The notes under the pieces are model-generated. The model ran no database searches. It worked only from the letters and a program-made list of their open reading frames with translations, and had not been told where the DNA came from. The translations under genes were made by a program, and so were the position numbers. From Escherichia coli (lineage in GTDB: Bacteria; Pseudomonadota; Gammaproteobacteria; Enterobacterales; Enterobacteriaceae), in assembly GCF_045689345.1 (NCBI RefSeq), contig NZ_CP137162.1: a stretch of DNA of 32,000 nt; one strand, written 5' to 3'. How positions within the stretch are numbered: the first letter of the stretch is position 1; every line of letters starts with the position of its first letter. Shown here in pieces: positions 30,465 to 32,000 of this stretch.

Positions 30465-32000
30465 TTAATCGTCTTTCGGTGCGCGGTTGGCGCGGCGACG
30501 ATCGTTTTCCGTCAGGTGACGTTTACGAATACGGATAGAGGTCGGAGTCACTTCTACCAGTTCGTCATCATCGATGAACTCCAGAGCTTGTTCCAGAGTC
30601 ATGCGGATAGGCGGAACCAGAACAACGGCTTCGTCAGTACCGGAAGCACGCATGTTGGTCAGTTTCTTACCGGTCAGGCAGTTTACCGTCAGGTCGTTAG
30701 AGCGGCTATGAATACCGATAATCTGACCTTCGTAAACTTCTGCACCGTGACCGAGGAACAGCTTACCGCGATCCTGCAGACCGAACAGCGCGAACGCGAC
30801 CGCTTTACCCTGACCGTTAGAGATCAGTACGCCGTTCTGACGCTGACCCACTTCACCCGGACGTACGTCGTCGTAGTGGCTGAAGGTGGAGTACAGCAGA
30901 CCAGTACCGGAAGTCATGGTCATGAACTCAGAACGGAAGCCAATCAGACCACGGCTTGGGATCACGTAGTCGAGACGTACGCGGCCTTTACCGTCTGGAT
31001 TCATGTTTTTCAGGTCGCCTTTACGTTCGCCCAGCGCCTGCATTACAGAACCCTGATGCTGTTCTTCAACGTCCAGAGTCACGTTTTCATACGGCTCTTG
31101 TTTACGACCGTCGATTTCACGGAAGATAACTTTCGGACGGGATACCGCCAGTTCGAAACCTTCACGACGCATGTTTTCGATCAGAACAGACAGGTGCAGT
31201 TCGCCACGACCAGAAACGCGGAACGCATCGGCGTCTTCGGTTTCTTCTACGCGCAGCGCAACGTTGTGTACCAGTTCTTTGTTCAGACGATCCAGGATCT
31301 GACGAGACGTTACGAACTTACCTTCTTTACCGCAGAACGGCGAGGTGTTAACGCAGAAGAACATAGAAACGGTCGGCTCATCAACGGAGAGTGCCGGCAG
31401 CGCTTCAACGTTTTGCGTGTCGCAAACGGTGTCAGAAATGTTCAGTTCGCCAAGGCCCGTGATCGCAACGATATCGCCAGCTTCCGCCAGATCGGTTTCG
31501 ATACGTTCCAGACCGAGGTGGCCCAGCACTTTACCGACTTTCGCGTTGCGGGTTTTGCCTTCGCTATCGATGATAGTGACCTGCTGGTTCGGCTTCACTT
31601 TACCGCGCTTGATGCGGCCAATGCCGATAACGCCAACATAGCTGTTGTAATCGAGCTGAGAAATCTGCATCTGGAACGGACCGTCAAGGTCAACGTCCGG
31701 CGCAGGAACGTGGTCAACAATCGCCTGGTACAGCGGGGTCATGTCTTCCGCCATATCTTCGTGGTCCAGACCCGCGATACCGTTCAGCGCAGAAGCGTAA
31801 ACGATCGGGAAGTCCAGCTGCTCGTCGGTCGCGTCGAGGTTAACGAACAGATCGAATACCTGATCCACAACCCAATCAGGACGCGCGCCAGGGCGGTCAA
31901 CTTTGTTGATAACAACAATCGGCTTCAGGCCGTAAGCAAACGCTTTTTTGGTTACGAAGCGCGTTTGCGGCATCGGGCCGTCAAATGCGTCAACCACCAG
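30465..32000 (-). CDS. typA: TypA/BipA ribosome-associated GTPase (5' truncated by window edge)
   Basis: Contains the GTPase G4 motif [16 protein letters not shown], BipA/EF-G-like domains, and C-terminal [45 protein letters not shown]. The N-terminus lies beyond base 32000. Confidence 0.97.
   Translation of the reverse strand: MVVDAFDGPMPQTRFVTKKAFAYGLKPIVVINKVDRPGARPDWVVDQVFDLFVNLDATDEQLDFPIVYASALNGIAGLDHEDMAEDMTPLYQAIVDHVPAPDVDLDGPFQMQISQLDYNSYVGVIGIGRIKRGKVKPNQQVTIIDSEGKTRNAKVGKVLGHLGLERIETDLAEAGDIVAITGLGELNISDTVCDTQNVEALPALSVDEPTVSMFFCVNTSPFCGKEGKFVTSRQILDRLNKELVHNVALRVEETEDADAFRVSGRGELHLSVLIENMRREGFELAVSRPKVIFREIDGRKQEPYENVTLDVEEQHQGSVMQALGERKGDLKNMNPDGKGRVRLDYVIPSRGLIGFRSEFMTMTSGTGLLYSTFSHYDDVRPGEVGQRQNGVLISNGQGKAVAFALFGLQDRGKLFLGHGAEVYEGQIIGIHSRSNDLTVNCLTGKKLTNMRASGTDEAVVLVPPIRMTLEQALEFIDDDELVEVTPTSIRIRKRHLTENDRRRANRAPKDD

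Overview
This window looks like ordinary Escherichia coli-type chromosomal backbone (the frv - fdo - yii/yih - typA neighbourhood). I see no phage, transposase, CRISPR, tRNA or rRNA. From left to right it holds: frvX (truncated at the left edge) and frvR; lipoprotein yiiG; fdhD, divergent from the formate dehydrogenase-O operon fdoGHI-fdhE, where fdoG carries an in-frame TGA selenocysteine codon and SECIS that split it in the ORF track; tandem ribbon-helix-helix paralogs yiiF and yiiE in a long poorly explained non-coding stretch; fabY(yiiD)-dtd-yihY-yihX; the complete sulfoquinovose (sulfo-EMP) catabolism cluster csqR(yihW), yihV, yihU, yihT, yihS, yihR, yihQ, yihP, yihO, ompL; the yihL-yihM-yihN group; and typA/bipA (5' end truncated at the right edge). 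The main named system, sulfoglycolysis, is already described. The less explained signals are: a 35-codon ORF with a very strong Shine-Dalgarno sequence in the yiiE-fabY gap; a duplicated 43-nt upstream block shared by yiiE and yiiF; three copies of AAAAAGTGAC plus inverted repeats around yihV/yihU/csqR (candidate CsqR operators); and a perfect palindrome TGGTTTAAACCA just upstream of the GntR-family gene yihL. Gene names come from recalled protein similarity; no database search was run.
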